Below are positions 43,730 through 52,537 of a stretch of 64,000 bases of DNA, in pieces. The notes beneath the pieces were generated by a model that saw only the letters and a program-made list of their open reading frames with translations, ran no database searches and was not told where the DNA came from. Source of the DNA: Fidelibacterota bacterium (GTDB lineage: Bacteria; Fidelibacterota; Fidelibacteria; Fidelibacterales; DSDE01); the NCBI GenBank assembly GCA_046735395.1, contig JBJKQR010000020.1, positions 1 to 64,000 of the forward strand. The letters run 5' to 3'. The position numbers and the translations under genes were made by a program. Numbering within the stretch: position 1 is the first letter of the stretch; each line of letters opens with the position of its first letter.

Positions 43730-44079
43730 GGGGGCGTCAAGGTTTCGACGGGACAGCCAGGTGCTGATGAAAGCGTGCCGAGGAGTTCGGGTTCTCTCGT
43801 TAAACACCTGAAAAAAAAATAAATGCTGATAATTACGCATTCGCAGCTTAATCTAAACTAGTTGCCGTCCGCTCTGCTTTGCTTTCGGAGCAGAGGCCGG
43901 GCGTCAAACACGGAAGCTCGTTTCCTGCTGAGTCCGGCTTCAGGAAATTAAATTCACGGACTGGCCTGCTCTGATTTTGTCCGCTTTGGCGGAGCAGGTA
44001 AGACGCACAAAGCAGACTGCGCACGGAGATGTCAAAGGTGTCTCTGTTTCGGACCCCGGTTCAATTCCGGGCGCCTCCA
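43730..44079 (+). ncRNA. ssrA: tmRNA; tag reading frame 43825-43851 = ADNYAFAA
   Basis: 5' GGGGGCGTCAAGGTTTCGAC, 3' T-arm CCCGGTTCAATTCCGGG and CGCCTCCA. Acceptor stem has G3-U. Tag ends FAA-stop. CCA is not encoded. Confidence 0.95.
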
Positions 44080-44121
44080 CTCGGTCTTCGTTCGAGCGGC
44101 AGCGGGAACGAAGATCGACCG

Positions 44122-44873
44122 CGTCGTAGTCCGTCGGCAGGCGGACGAAGACGGGTCCGGCCAAAACTTGCCCGAACACCACCCCGACCGCTTCGGTCGA
44201 TTGAAATAGAATGAACAGGGAGGCTCGAATGGTCTTCTTTTATGAGTTTCAGTTCGACTTCTCTGCTGAACCAATTCGTCGAAGTCCGTCGGCAGGCGGA
44301 CGAAGACGGGTTCGGCCAAAACTTGCTCGAACACCACCCCGACCGCTTCGGTCGATAGAAATAGAATGAATGACGAGGCTCGAATGGTCTTCGTTTATGA
44401 GTTTCAGTTCAACTTCTCTGCTGAACCTATTCGTCGTAGTCCGTCGGCAGGCGGACGAAGACGGGTCCGGCCAAAACTTGCCCGAACACCACCCCGACCG
44501 CTTCGGTCGATTGAAATAGAATGAACAGGGAGGCATAAATGTACTTCATTTATGTGCTTCAGTCTGAAAAGTATCGGGAACGTTTTTACACCGGATCCAC
44601 GGAAGATCCGGAAGAACGGCTGAAAAAACATAATGAGGGTGGCTGCACTTACACGAAAGCCTTCCGGCCCTGGAAATTTAAGAATATTATTGGATTTGAA
44701 ACAAAGGCCAAAGCTCAATCATTTGAGCGTTATCTGAAAACGGCCTCAGGGCGAGCTTTTGCCAAGCGGCATTTTTAATGGCGGGATCGTCGTAGTCCGT
44801 CGGCAGGCGGACGAAGACGGGTCCGGCCAAAACTTGCCCGAACACCATCCCGACCGCTTCGGTCGATTGAAAT
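44122..44873 (+). repeat. Four copies of an 86-nt structured repeat (44122, 44277, 44432, 44788); first three at a 155-bp period
   Basis: Near-identical CGTCGTAGTCCGTCGGCAGGCGGACGAAGACGGGTCCGGCCAAAACTTGCCCGAACACCACCCCGACCGCTTCGGTCGATTGAAAT. Confidence 0.95.
44539..44778 (+). CDS. Small stand-alone GIY-YIG nuclease (UPF0213/YhbQ-like)
   Basis: YFIYVLQS..FYTGST...RLKKHN..YTK..RPW...ERYLK, GGGAGG RBS. Confidence 0.9.
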   Translation: MYFIYVLQSEKYRERFYTGSTEDPEERLKKHNEGGCTYTKAFRPWKFKNIIGFETKAKAQSFERYLKTASGRAFAKRHF

Positions 44874-44989
44874 TAAGTCAGTGATAAGCTATGCATGATC
44901 TTCACCAAGAGGCATAGAGTTGTTTCGGTGCAAAAATGTAAAATTATTAAACCGCGTAGAAACAAGGTATCGAAAGCGGGTGTGGTAAA

Positions 44990-46102
44990 TCAGGAATTAT
45001 TATTTTTTGATGATTCGTTGGATTGTTTCAGCTGTGACACTTCCGGATAATATTTTTCCAGACAGTCGGGGCAGAGACCGTGGCTGAATTCCGCTTCCGA
45101 ATGAGCAGAGATATATTCCTCAAGCTGAGCCCAGTAACCGGAATCATCACGAACCTTTTTGCAGTGCATGCATACGGGGATAATTCCCTTCAAGGTCTTG
45201 ATTTCATCCAGCGCCTGTGTCAATTCGCTGATGAGCTGTTCCTTTTCCTGTTCCGCTGCAATCCGCTGTTTAATTTCTTCATTCAGTGCGTGGTTTTTTC
45301 CATCCAGTTCACGGAAAATGAGGATGAATGGTTCCTGAAATCCGGTTTGAATGAGGGCCTGGTAAATTAAAATATAACTGAAGACTTTGAAAAAGTGGCC
45401 GATAAGATTTGAAAATCCATAATTGCTGATATAAAAGGTAAAAGCCAGTTCGGAGATAATTGTAAAAATAATCGAGTACAGGAGCAGCTTGAAGACTCTT
45501 GAGTCGAAGGAGGCACGGTTTCGGTAGAGAAGGAAGATACTTGCCACAAAGACAGCGCTGATAAGGTATTCGCTGAGAATCTTGAAGGGAGTCAGGCCGC
45601 TTCCTTCAATGAAGCAGATGGGAAAGATCTTCCAGTCAAAGACGGAAAATATCAGAACAAGCGTTATGATCAGATACACCGCCCCGGTCTGCAGCATGTT
45701 GGGAATTCTGTTTCGTTTCAGAAAAAAGAAGGCGATGAGCAGGGACAGGCTTTCCATGTATCGGGCGCCGATCCAAAGCTGGTTTGCATAAAAATCGTAA
45801 TCGGTAAAAATATTCATGCCCTTATAGGAAAGCGTATGCATGAGATCAATGAATCCGATAAACAGATAGGCCGTTCCGATAAAAACGAGATATGGATTTT
45901 TCAGATAACGGCGGGCATTCCAGGCGATCATGAATACGGCGGCAGCAACAGTTATGGAAAAGAATTCGGTGAAAACATGGAAAAGCAGGTAATTATACAA
46001 AGATATGATGTAGAGCGGCGTAATCCAGAGGAGATTGTACAGAACAATCCGTGCTAAATTCGGCCCTTCTTCATCAAATTGTTCTCTCAGACGTTGTATC
46101 AT
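44990..46102 (-). CDS. MASE3 membrane sensor domain protein with C-terminal CxxC...CxxC domain
   Basis: NYLLFHVFTEFFS, DLMHTLSYKGM, QLWIGAR, GLTPFKILSEY, GHFFK, then LKGIIPVCMHCKK...FSHGLCPDC. Confidence 0.85.
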   Translation of the reverse strand: MIQRLREQFDEEGPNLARIVLYNLLWITPLYIISLYNYLLFHVFTEFFSITVAAAVFMIAWNARRYLKNPYLVFIGTAYLFIGFIDLMHTLSYKGMNIFTDYDFYANQLWIGARYMESLSLLIAFFFLKRNRIPNMLQTGAVYLIITLVLIFSVFDWKIFPICFIEGSGLTPFKILSEYLISAVFVASIFLLYRNRASFDSRVFKLLLYSIIFTIISELAFTFYISNYGFSNLIGHFFKVFSYILIYQALIQTGFQEPFILIFRELDGKNHALNEEIKQRIAAEQEKEQLISELTQALDEIKTLKGIIPVCMHCKKVRDDSGYWAQLEEYISAHSEAEFSHGLCPDCLEKYYPEVSQLKQSNESSKNNNS

Positions 46103-46214
46103 GCCCCCTCCCACTTATTCCGATGCGTGAATATATCAATACGCCCAGTGCATAAAAAGCAAAATTTAAGCGCTCTTTCATTAATATTGGAGAATGGTCA
46201 GAAAATAGAAATGT

Positions 46215-46879
46215 TTATTTATGGTAATATTGATCACATATTTCATTGATCAGGTCAGAGATTATCCCGGCTGCGGAATCACCCGGGCATGTTGTGTTAG
46301 GATTAATTTCACGGTGTAAGGCAATTTGGCCGGGAGACAGTTCCAGGGAATCACAGAGACAGATAAGCAGTGTTTTTAACGCATCAAGCTGCTGCTTCCG
46401 GGGTTGCTGATGAGAGAAATTTCCGCAGAGGCAGATTCCCGCCTGTCCCCAATCCGGATCACGGACGAGAGCGGATTCGGGTGGCTGGTCTAAAATTCCA
46501 TGACGTATCCGGGCTGCCATGATGTCCGCCAGGCTGTCACGGCCGGCGTGAGCCCCCATATATTCGAGTAACCGTCCCTGCCAGACCCGGCCATCATTAT
46601 CGATGATGAAATGGTAGGCGATATCACTGTAATGCATCGTTTTCACCTGATATGACTGGATTTCCTTTGGTCCCATTCGAGCGCGGAAGGCCGAGTGGTG
46701 AATGATAATCCCGGAATATCGAAAGTTCCTAATATGATATTCGTACAGACCGTCAGCCGGCCTTGATGCATGCCAGCTTTCCCGGGGTGAAATAAAGGGC
46801 GGCTTTTCGGTACAGGAACTGAATAGTAAGAACAGCAATGCGAATATACGGAAAGAGTGAAAAAAAATTTATAAATCAT
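46215..46879 (-). CDS. PGRP/T7-lysozyme-type N-acetylmuramoyl-L-alanine amidase lipoprotein; apparent frameshift in a T8 tract near the start
   Basis: IIIHHS, DIAYHFII, GAH, GICLCGNF, HRE...TCPG, lipobox FSSC. Open frame from 46838; ATG at 46879 is out of frame by 1 nt. Confidence 0.75.
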
Positions 46880-47481
46880 CGTGGGAAGATATGCCGCAGA
46901 CGTGAGGATTCGAAAAATTCATGAGCCCTGTCTCCGATGGAATTCCGGTAATCATAGGCGGGGACTTTTTTTCCGAAGTCAATGCCGCGGCTGTAGATAG
47001 CCGCAAGTTGGGTGATATCCGGCGGAAAGCCGTATACATTTGAATATTCGGATTTGATCAAAGTGAGGTATTGAAGTGCCAAGTCCAGATTACAGCTGTC
47101 ATTCTGCAGAAGGGCAACGAGCTGATGTCTGGATGGAAGGGTTGTTTGAGACAGAACAGAATCCTTTCCGGAGAGAAGCCAGATGGCCGTACTCACCTTG
47201 ACCTGACAGAGGCCGACGGACGGATCGTAACCCAGTTCTGCCCGTATTTGATCGTAGTAATCAAAGAAATTAACATTCTCATACCGTTCACCATAAATCA
47301 CAGCGGAAAGTGTCCGTGGTGTAATCACCGAATCGACGCAGATGGATTGAATCATGGAACTGCGTGAGGTCAACAGACGAAGGCATCGCTTTTCGGATGA
47401 AAATTCACGGCAGCTTACCGCGATCGTACAACAGATGAGGAATGAAAAACCGGTAACCCGGAGAATGCGTTTCATATTCAT
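46876..47481 (-). CDS. Lysozyme-like / lytic transglycosylase-like lipoprotein
   Basis: Signal ending AVSC, AVIYGE (candidate catalytic Glu), SVGLCQVKVSTA, NLDLALQYL, AIYSRG. Confidence 0.6.
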   Translation of the reverse strand: MNMKRILRVTGFSFLICCTIAVSCREFSSEKRCLRLLTSRSSMIQSICVDSVITPRTLSAVIYGERYENVNFFDYYDQIRAELGYDPSVGLCQVKVSTAIWLLSGKDSVLSQTTLPSRHQLVALLQNDSCNLDLALQYLTLIKSEYSNVYGFPPDITQLAAIYSRGIDFGKKVPAYDYRNSIGDRAHEFFESSRLRHIFPR

Positions 47482-48008
47482 TGTCGTTCCCTCCCCTGCA
47501 ACAGACGCAGAGCTGCCGGCAGGTGAGTCAGCGTTTCGGCGCGCTGCTCCGCGTCGAGCGGCCAGGAACAAAGACAAAAACCTTCCGCATTCAGGAGAAA
47601 GGCCCGCGGGACACCATCATTTTGCAGAGTTCTGATCAGAGAATCAGGGATACATTGATCATAAAAATCAGCACCCGGTCCACCCGGCTTCAACAGATCT
47701 TCGTGGTTGCTGCTGAACAGGATACGGCAGGAGTCGTTGATGGAGCGAAGCGAATTCATATACGTCAATTCGCGGCGGAGACCCGAAAAGGACGTATTCC
47801 CGAACCTAAAAACAAGCACCGGGCGGTGAGGGTTATTATTGCGGAGAATTTGCCGCCCAAGATAATTTGCGGCGGCCTCTGAAGAATCCTGATAAAAATT
47901 CAGACGATTTTTGTAAAGACGCTGCCGGGAACGATATTCAGAATTCAGAAACATGAGAACGAGAATAAAGAGGGCGGCGGCGATGTTGAGAAATCTTCCG
48001 GAATTCAT
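47478..48008 (-). CDS. Membrane-anchored protein, possibly degenerate thioredoxin fold
   Basis: N-terminal TM, PVLVFRF...EL..., PRAFLLNAEG, no CxxC, ATGA overlaps at both ends. Confidence 0.5.
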   Translation of the reverse strand: MNSGRFLNIAAALFILVLMFLNSEYRSRQRLYKNRLNFYQDSSEAAANYLGRQILRNNNPHRPVLVFRFGNTSFSGLRRELTYMNSLRSINDSCRILFSSNHEDLLKPGGPGADFYDQCIPDSLIRTLQNDGVPRAFLLNAEGFCLCSWPLDAEQRAETLTHLPAALRLLQGRERQ

Positions 48009-48712
48009 GCCAGGATTCCCTCATTGAAATAATGATTCAGATCCTGTACCGAACCGGCATTTCCCGGTTGATCATAGAGAATTCGCCCTTCTTCCATGAG
48101 GATGAAGCGGCCGGAGGTAGCGAGGACATTTTCCAGATTATGGCTGGAAATAAAATGGGTTGTTCCCCGTTCACGATTTTCGCGGAGCAGGATCTTTTCG
48201 AAGGCATTCTTTGATCCGGGATCAAGGCTGGCAAAGGGTTCATCCAGAATCAGCAATTTGGGCTGGCGAAGCAGGGCGCCCACCAAACCCACTTTTTTCC
48301 GGTTCCCGGCTGACAGGTCGCGGATATAGCGGGACCCGAAAAGAATTTCTTCGGGTATGAAACCTTCGAAGGAATCCAGATCACTTTTCCATTCAGAGGA
48401 TTCTTTTCCGCTGACCTGCATCAGAAATGAAAAGTATTCCCAGGGTGTGAGAAAGGTGATGAGCCAGCTTTCATCCAGATAGGATGCGGTGAGTGTCTTC
48501 CAGCCGGTATGTCCCTGAACGGCTCCACCATTGATAAAAACGGATCCGGAATCCGCCTTTATCAGATCCAGAATCAGGCGAAGCAGAGTTGTCTTGCCGG
48601 CGCCGTTATTGCCGCAGAGAGCTACGGTTTCACCAGGCTGCAGCCGCAGTTCGGGAATGGTCAGCTCAAAATGGGGCCGATACGTTTTTATAAGGTCTTC
48701 AATGAATAACAT
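48005..48712 (-). CDS. ABC transporter ATP-binding protein
   Basis: GNNGAGKTT, LSAGN, ILDEPF, SSH. Confidence 0.92.
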   Translation of the reverse strand: MLFIEDLIKTYRPHFELTIPELRLQPGETVALCGNNGAGKTTLLRLILDLIKADSGSVFINGGAVQGHTGWKTLTASYLDESWLITFLTPWEYFSFLMQVSGKESSEWKSDLDSFEGFIPEEILFGSRYIRDLSAGNRKKVGLVGALLRQPKLLILDEPFASLDPGSKNAFEKILLRENRERGTTHFISSHNLENVLATSGRFILMEEGRILYDQPGNAGSVQDLNHYFNEGILA

Positions 48713-48734
48713 AACACCCTTTCAATTTTTGGGG

Positions 48735-50159
48735 TTAAAAAATGGTGTACTTCGATTGTTCATACCGTCGTCCGGCACTTCGGATAACGGGCTTCATGAA
48801 CAGGAAGCCGATTACGCCCGGAAGAGCGAGGATACTTAGCACGAGGGGAAGTCCAAATATGGGAGTTAATTTTCTAACAAGCATTGGAAAAGCAATGCAC
48901 ATAAACCCAAGCGGGATGAAACGAAAAAATACAGCTGTACGACTTGAAAAAGGCTGAAACCGAAGCAATGAAAAAAACTCAAGATGCCTGCTGCTGTACC
49001 AAATGATATAAGGCAGGTATGCGCCATGAGCGGTAACCCAGGTGCTTATAAAGACAAGGGTGGTGATTGGTTGCGGATACTTTGCAATCGATACCGCAGT
49101 ATAAACGACCAAAGCGATAATTGCATCGGCCGAGCAGGATATGATTACCGCACGCCGCACGTAGGTTTCATAATTTTGAATGAGCACATGGACCAGCGGA
49201 TAAAAGGAGTTTTCCCAGCTGAACAAACAGGTTACAATTGTACATGATTGGAAGGTAATCGGTGTAACTAAGAAATAATGGAAATAATTCGACAACTCCC
49301 CCTGGCTTAAAAAATAAAAGCAAGGAAGGATAAGGAACGTAATGTGATTTAAAATTGGAATTTTATTGCGGGTGATCATGCGCCAGAGTATCCTGGTGGG
49401 AGACATGCCGCGAGAATTAAGAAGTTTAGAGCGATTGATCTTCGCATAAGGTGCGCCGGAATTCCGGCCGTCATAGGGGGAGAGGCGGGATTGGTAAATC
49501 CATATTGTGGATGACGCGATGCATATCAGGGTGACAAAAAGCAGAAGAATGAGGTGGTTCAGACTGAGAAAATCAAGGATAGCCGGGGGAATCTCACTTA
49601 TCTTTTGAACGAAAAAAATCAGGCCAGCGATCATAGATATCATCACTGTCCATCTGATAATCTGAGATGGAATCAGAAAGCCAAGCCGATACAGGAAATG
49701 ATCCGATAACAGGATGATAAACAGCAAAGCTGCCAGGCCGGTCAGAAGGGCGGAGGGACCGAGCAGCAGGGCCGAGAGCAAAAAGCAGATGAAGGGAGGA
49801 AGAAGAGTCAAAAGATTATAGAGGGTCATGAGGGCCAGGCTTTCATGGAACAGAACGAGGCTGCGCCGGGTAAAGGGGAGAATCAGATAGGGCATCATTC
49901 CGCTGTATAAAGCTTTCTGAAAGAATAGGCGAAATGTCTGGTCAATGATCATTGAGATGATGATAATCTGAAGGAGGGTTTTTGTTTCGAGTTCCGTGAC
50001 CGTATTTTGAAACAGCGTTACGAGGAAGGGAAATCCGTTCGTAATCTGAAGGATATAAACAAGGCCGAAAACGGCTAAAAATCCAAATTTCCAGATATCC
50101 CCGCGCCGGGGTGAACGAAGCGTGGCCGCGACCATATGTCGAAAAAAGTGAATAACCAT
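48735..50159 (-). CDS. Polytopic ABC permease-like protein (DUF5687-like), copy 2
   Basis: About 11-12 TM segments, PYLILP motif, adjacent ATPase, paralogue of 51040-52479. Confidence 0.7.
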   Translation of the reverse strand: MVIHFFRHMVAATLRSPRRGDIWKFGFLAVFGLVYILQITNGFPFLVTLFQNTVTELETKTLLQIIIISMIIDQTFRLFFQKALYSGMMPYLILPFTRRSLVLFHESLALMTLYNLLTLLPPFICFLLSALLLGPSALLTGLAALLFIILLSDHFLYRLGFLIPSQIIRWTVMISMIAGLIFFVQKISEIPPAILDFLSLNHLILLLFVTLICIASSTIWIYQSRLSPYDGRNSGAPYAKINRSKLLNSRGMSPTRILWRMITRNKIPILNHITFLILPCFYFLSQGELSNYFHYFLVTPITFQSCTIVTCLFSWENSFYPLVHVLIQNYETYVRRAVIISCSADAIIALVVYTAVSIAKYPQPITTLVFISTWVTAHGAYLPYIIWYSSRHLEFFSLLRFQPFSSRTAVFFRFIPLGFMCIAFPMLVRKLTPIFGLPLVLSILALPGVIGFLFMKPVIRSAGRRYEQSKYTIF

Positions 50160-50169
50160 ATCCTGTCCG

Positions 50170-50201
50170 AAAATCAGCCGCCCGAAAGCCGGACGGCCGA
50201 T
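50170..50201 (-). terminator. Hairpin between peptide genes and permease (copy 2)
   Basis: ATCGGCCGTCCG-gcttt-CGGGCGGCTGAT-TTT. Confidence 0.65.
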
Positions 50202-50217
50202 AAGGTTTCACGTGTGT

Positions 50218-50409
50218 TTAATCAAGGCATATTCCAACAAAGGCACCCGCACCCAGAGTCCATGCTATAAAAGCAGGCGGGTAAATGACCCAGGGGGCGG
50301 TGACTAACAGCCCTGCTACAAGAGTTATACAAATATCCTCCCGGTTATCGCCGATGAATTCAGAGACTCCTCCACCTGCGATATCATTTGCATCAAGGAT
50401 TGATTTCAT
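50218..50409 (-). CDS. Double-glycine-leader peptide precursor, family C copy 2
   Basis: MKSILDANDIAGG|GVSEFIGDNREDIC...GAGAFVGICLD. Confidence 0.8.
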   Translation of the reverse strand: MKSILDANDIAGGGVSEFIGDNREDICITLVAGLLVTAPWVIYPPAFIAWTLGAGAFVGICLD

Positions 50410-50581
50410 GATTGTGTCCCTTTCTGAGTTTCAGTCCGGCTCGGCGCCAGCATAGGACCACACCGGCCCGAGACAGGTAAGGCAGAGTCCACAGCAGCGG
50501 CAGCGCCACATCTTTGACACAGTCGCTGAAGCGGCAGCCGCAGCAGTTGTTTTTCATTGTTTGTTTTGACAGGGTGTGCAT
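50393..50581 (-). pseudogene. Degenerate family B precursor, copy 2
   Basis: Leader end TCGG changed to NCCG, L-to-R in the hydrophobic stretch, net 5-nt deletion reading past the stop used in copy 1. Confidence 0.65.
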
Positions 50582-50590
50582 CGCGTTCTC

Positions 50591-50767
50591 CTAATCCCAG
50601 CTGCCAAGAAGGCGGCCGAAATCGTAGCCGGTACAGATCAGCCCGATCGTCGTTACGACGACATTCAAAGTCAGAAGGCCCACGGCGGTAATACCGAGAC
50701 AGATGGTGCCCAATTCTATCTCACCGCCCTGAATGGCGGCCAGTTCATTCTTGTCGAGATTTTTCAT
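50591..50767 (-). CDS. Double-glycine-leader peptide precursor, family A copy 2
   Basis: MKNLDKNELAAIQGG|EIELGTICLGITAVGLLTLNVVVTTIGLICTGYDFGRLLGSWD. Confidence 0.85.
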   Translation of the reverse strand: MKNLDKNELAAIQGGEIELGTICLGITAVGLLTLNVVVTTIGLICTGYDFGRLLGSWD

Positions 50768-51030
50768 GATTTTTCCTTTCCTTTTGATGTTTCCCGTCCG
50801 TTTCCGGGGCCTCCTGACCAGACCGATCCTCACCTCCTTTCCCGGAAGTCTGACCCGTCGGCCATCAGAAGCGAACAGCAAGGCGTTCAGCGGAGCCACA
50901 GCACCAAAAAGTCGGTTTTTTCATTTGTTTCAATTTGTCCGAAGCGGACTGAGGAATTGTACAGTAATTCAGGAAAGGCCAGCTCGAAATGGGTCCGAAA
51001 CGGTTTATTAAGGCCTTTAACGAATAACAT
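50768..51030 (-). pseudogene. Duplication junction: ABC ATPase 5' remnant fused to thioredoxin-like 3' remnant
   Basis: ORF 51030-50887 MLFVKGLNKPFRTHFELAFPELL|YNSSVRFGQIETNEKT matches the N-terminus of 48712 and the C-terminal part of 53598, with indels. Confidence 0.8.
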
Positions 51031-51039
51031 AACACTCTT

Positions 51040-52479
51040 TCAATTTTTAAGGTTAAAAATAGTGTACTTCGATTGCTCGTAACGCCTTCCGGCGCTTCGG
51101 ATAACGGGCTTCATGAACAGGAACCCGATTAGGCCCGGAAGAGCGAGGATGGCAAGTGCCCATGGAGCGCCCATAAGGGGAATTAATTTTTTAAAGATAA
51201 AGGGTAATAGAACGACTATAATGACTATAGGGATTAATCGGATATAATCAATGGACTTATAAGAAACAGGTTGCCATCGAATCAGAGAAAAAAACATCAG
51301 ATGTTTGCTGTTATACCAAATCAGATAAGGCAGAAATAAACCGTGGGTGATGATGTAGGCGCTGGCAAAGGCAAGAACCGTAAAGGGTTCGGGATGGCCG
51401 GCAACAAGCGCCCCGAAAAAAAACATGAAAGCCAAGAACATATCTATAATACAGGAGAGATACAGGGCACGTCGGCCATAGGCTACATAATCCCGGAGGA
51501 GGATATGGACCAGGGGATAAAAGGAATTCTCCCAGCTGAACAAATATATTATTAAAAAGGCAGATAAAAAGGTCATCAGTATGATATACAGAAAACAGAG
51601 CTGTGTGGAATACATTTCCCGGCCCAGGAAATACGGAACCGTAATAATGAAAATAAATAAAAGGTTATTGATTAAGAGGACCCTGTTGCGAATCAGCATG
51701 CGCCAGATCAGCCCGTAGAGAGATATCGTGTGATTACGAAGACCTTTCGTGTGCTTCATCTTTGCCTCGCGGACGCGGGTTTTCTGATGGTCATAGGGGG
51801 AGAGGCGGGACTGATAGATCCATGCAGTTGAGATGGCGATACAGATCAGGATGACGAAAACCAGAAGAGTGAGGTGACCCAGGCTGAGAAAATCAAGGAT
51901 GGCCGGGGGAATCGCACTTATCTTTTGAACGAAAAAAAACAGGCAAACGATCATAGATATCATCACTGTCCATCTGATAATCTGAGATGGAATCAGAAAG
52001 CTGAGCCGATACAGGAAATGATCCAGTAAAAAGGCCAGACTCAGCAAAAGGGCCAGTCCGGTCAGAAGGGCAGAGGGGCCGAGCAGCAGGGCTGAAAGCA
52101 AAAAACAGATGAGGGGAGGAATGAGTGTTAATAGATTGTAGAGGGTCATGAGGGCCAGGCTTTCATGGAAAAGGACGAGGCTGCGCCGTGTAAAGGGAAG
52201 AATCAGATAGGGCATCATTCCGGTGAGGGACGCTTTTTGAGAGAACAGGCGAAATGACTGGTCGATGATCATCGAGATGGTGATAATCTGAAGGAGGGTT
52301 TTCGCTTCGAGTGTTGTAGACGTATTTTGAAACAGGGCTGCAAGGAAAGGAAATCCGTTCGTAATCTGAAGGATAAAAACAAGGCCAAAAACGGCTGAAA
52401 ATCCAAATTTCCAGACATCTCCGCGCCGGGGTGAACGAAGCATGGCTGCAACCAGATGTTGAAAAAGGTGAATGACCAT
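51040..52479 (-). CDS. Polytopic ABC permease-like protein (DUF5687-like), copy 1
   Basis: Paralogue of 48735-50159, same N- and C-terminal sequences. Confidence 0.7.
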   Translation of the reverse strand: MVIHLFQHLVAAMLRSPRRGDVWKFGFSAVFGLVFILQITNGFPFLAALFQNTSTTLEAKTLLQIITISMIIDQSFRLFSQKASLTGMMPYLILPFTRRSLVLFHESLALMTLYNLLTLIPPLICFLLSALLLGPSALLTGLALLLSLAFLLDHFLYRLSFLIPSQIIRWTVMISMIVCLFFFVQKISAIPPAILDFLSLGHLTLLVFVILICIAISTAWIYQSRLSPYDHQKTRVREAKMKHTKGLRNHTISLYGLIWRMLIRNRVLLINNLLFIFIITVPYFLGREMYSTQLCFLYIILMTFLSAFLIIYLFSWENSFYPLVHILLRDYVAYGRRALYLSCIIDMFLAFMFFFGALVAGHPEPFTVLAFASAYIITHGLFLPYLIWYNSKHLMFFSLIRWQPVSYKSIDYIRLIPIVIIVVLLPFIFKKLIPLMGAPWALAILALPGLIGFLFMKPVIRSAGRRYEQSKYTIFNLKN

Positions 52480-52489
52480 ATCCTGTCCG

Positions 52490-52521
52490 AAAATCAGCCG
52501 CCCGAAAGCCGGGCGACTGAT
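52490..52521 (-). terminator. Hairpin between peptide genes and permease (copy 1)
   Basis: ATCAGTCGCCCG-gcttt-CGGGCGGCTGAT-TTT. Confidence 0.65.
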
Positions 52522-52537
52522 GAGTGTTTAAGTGAGT

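Noticed and set aside
43940..44718. Minus-strand and repeat-spanning ORFs around tmRNA
   Set aside because: They are translations of the RNA gene and repeats. Only the GIY-YIG ORF has protein motifs.
44122..44873. CRISPR array
   Set aside because: Repeats are 86 nt, the two short intervening segments are near-identical rather than unique, and no cas genes are in the window.
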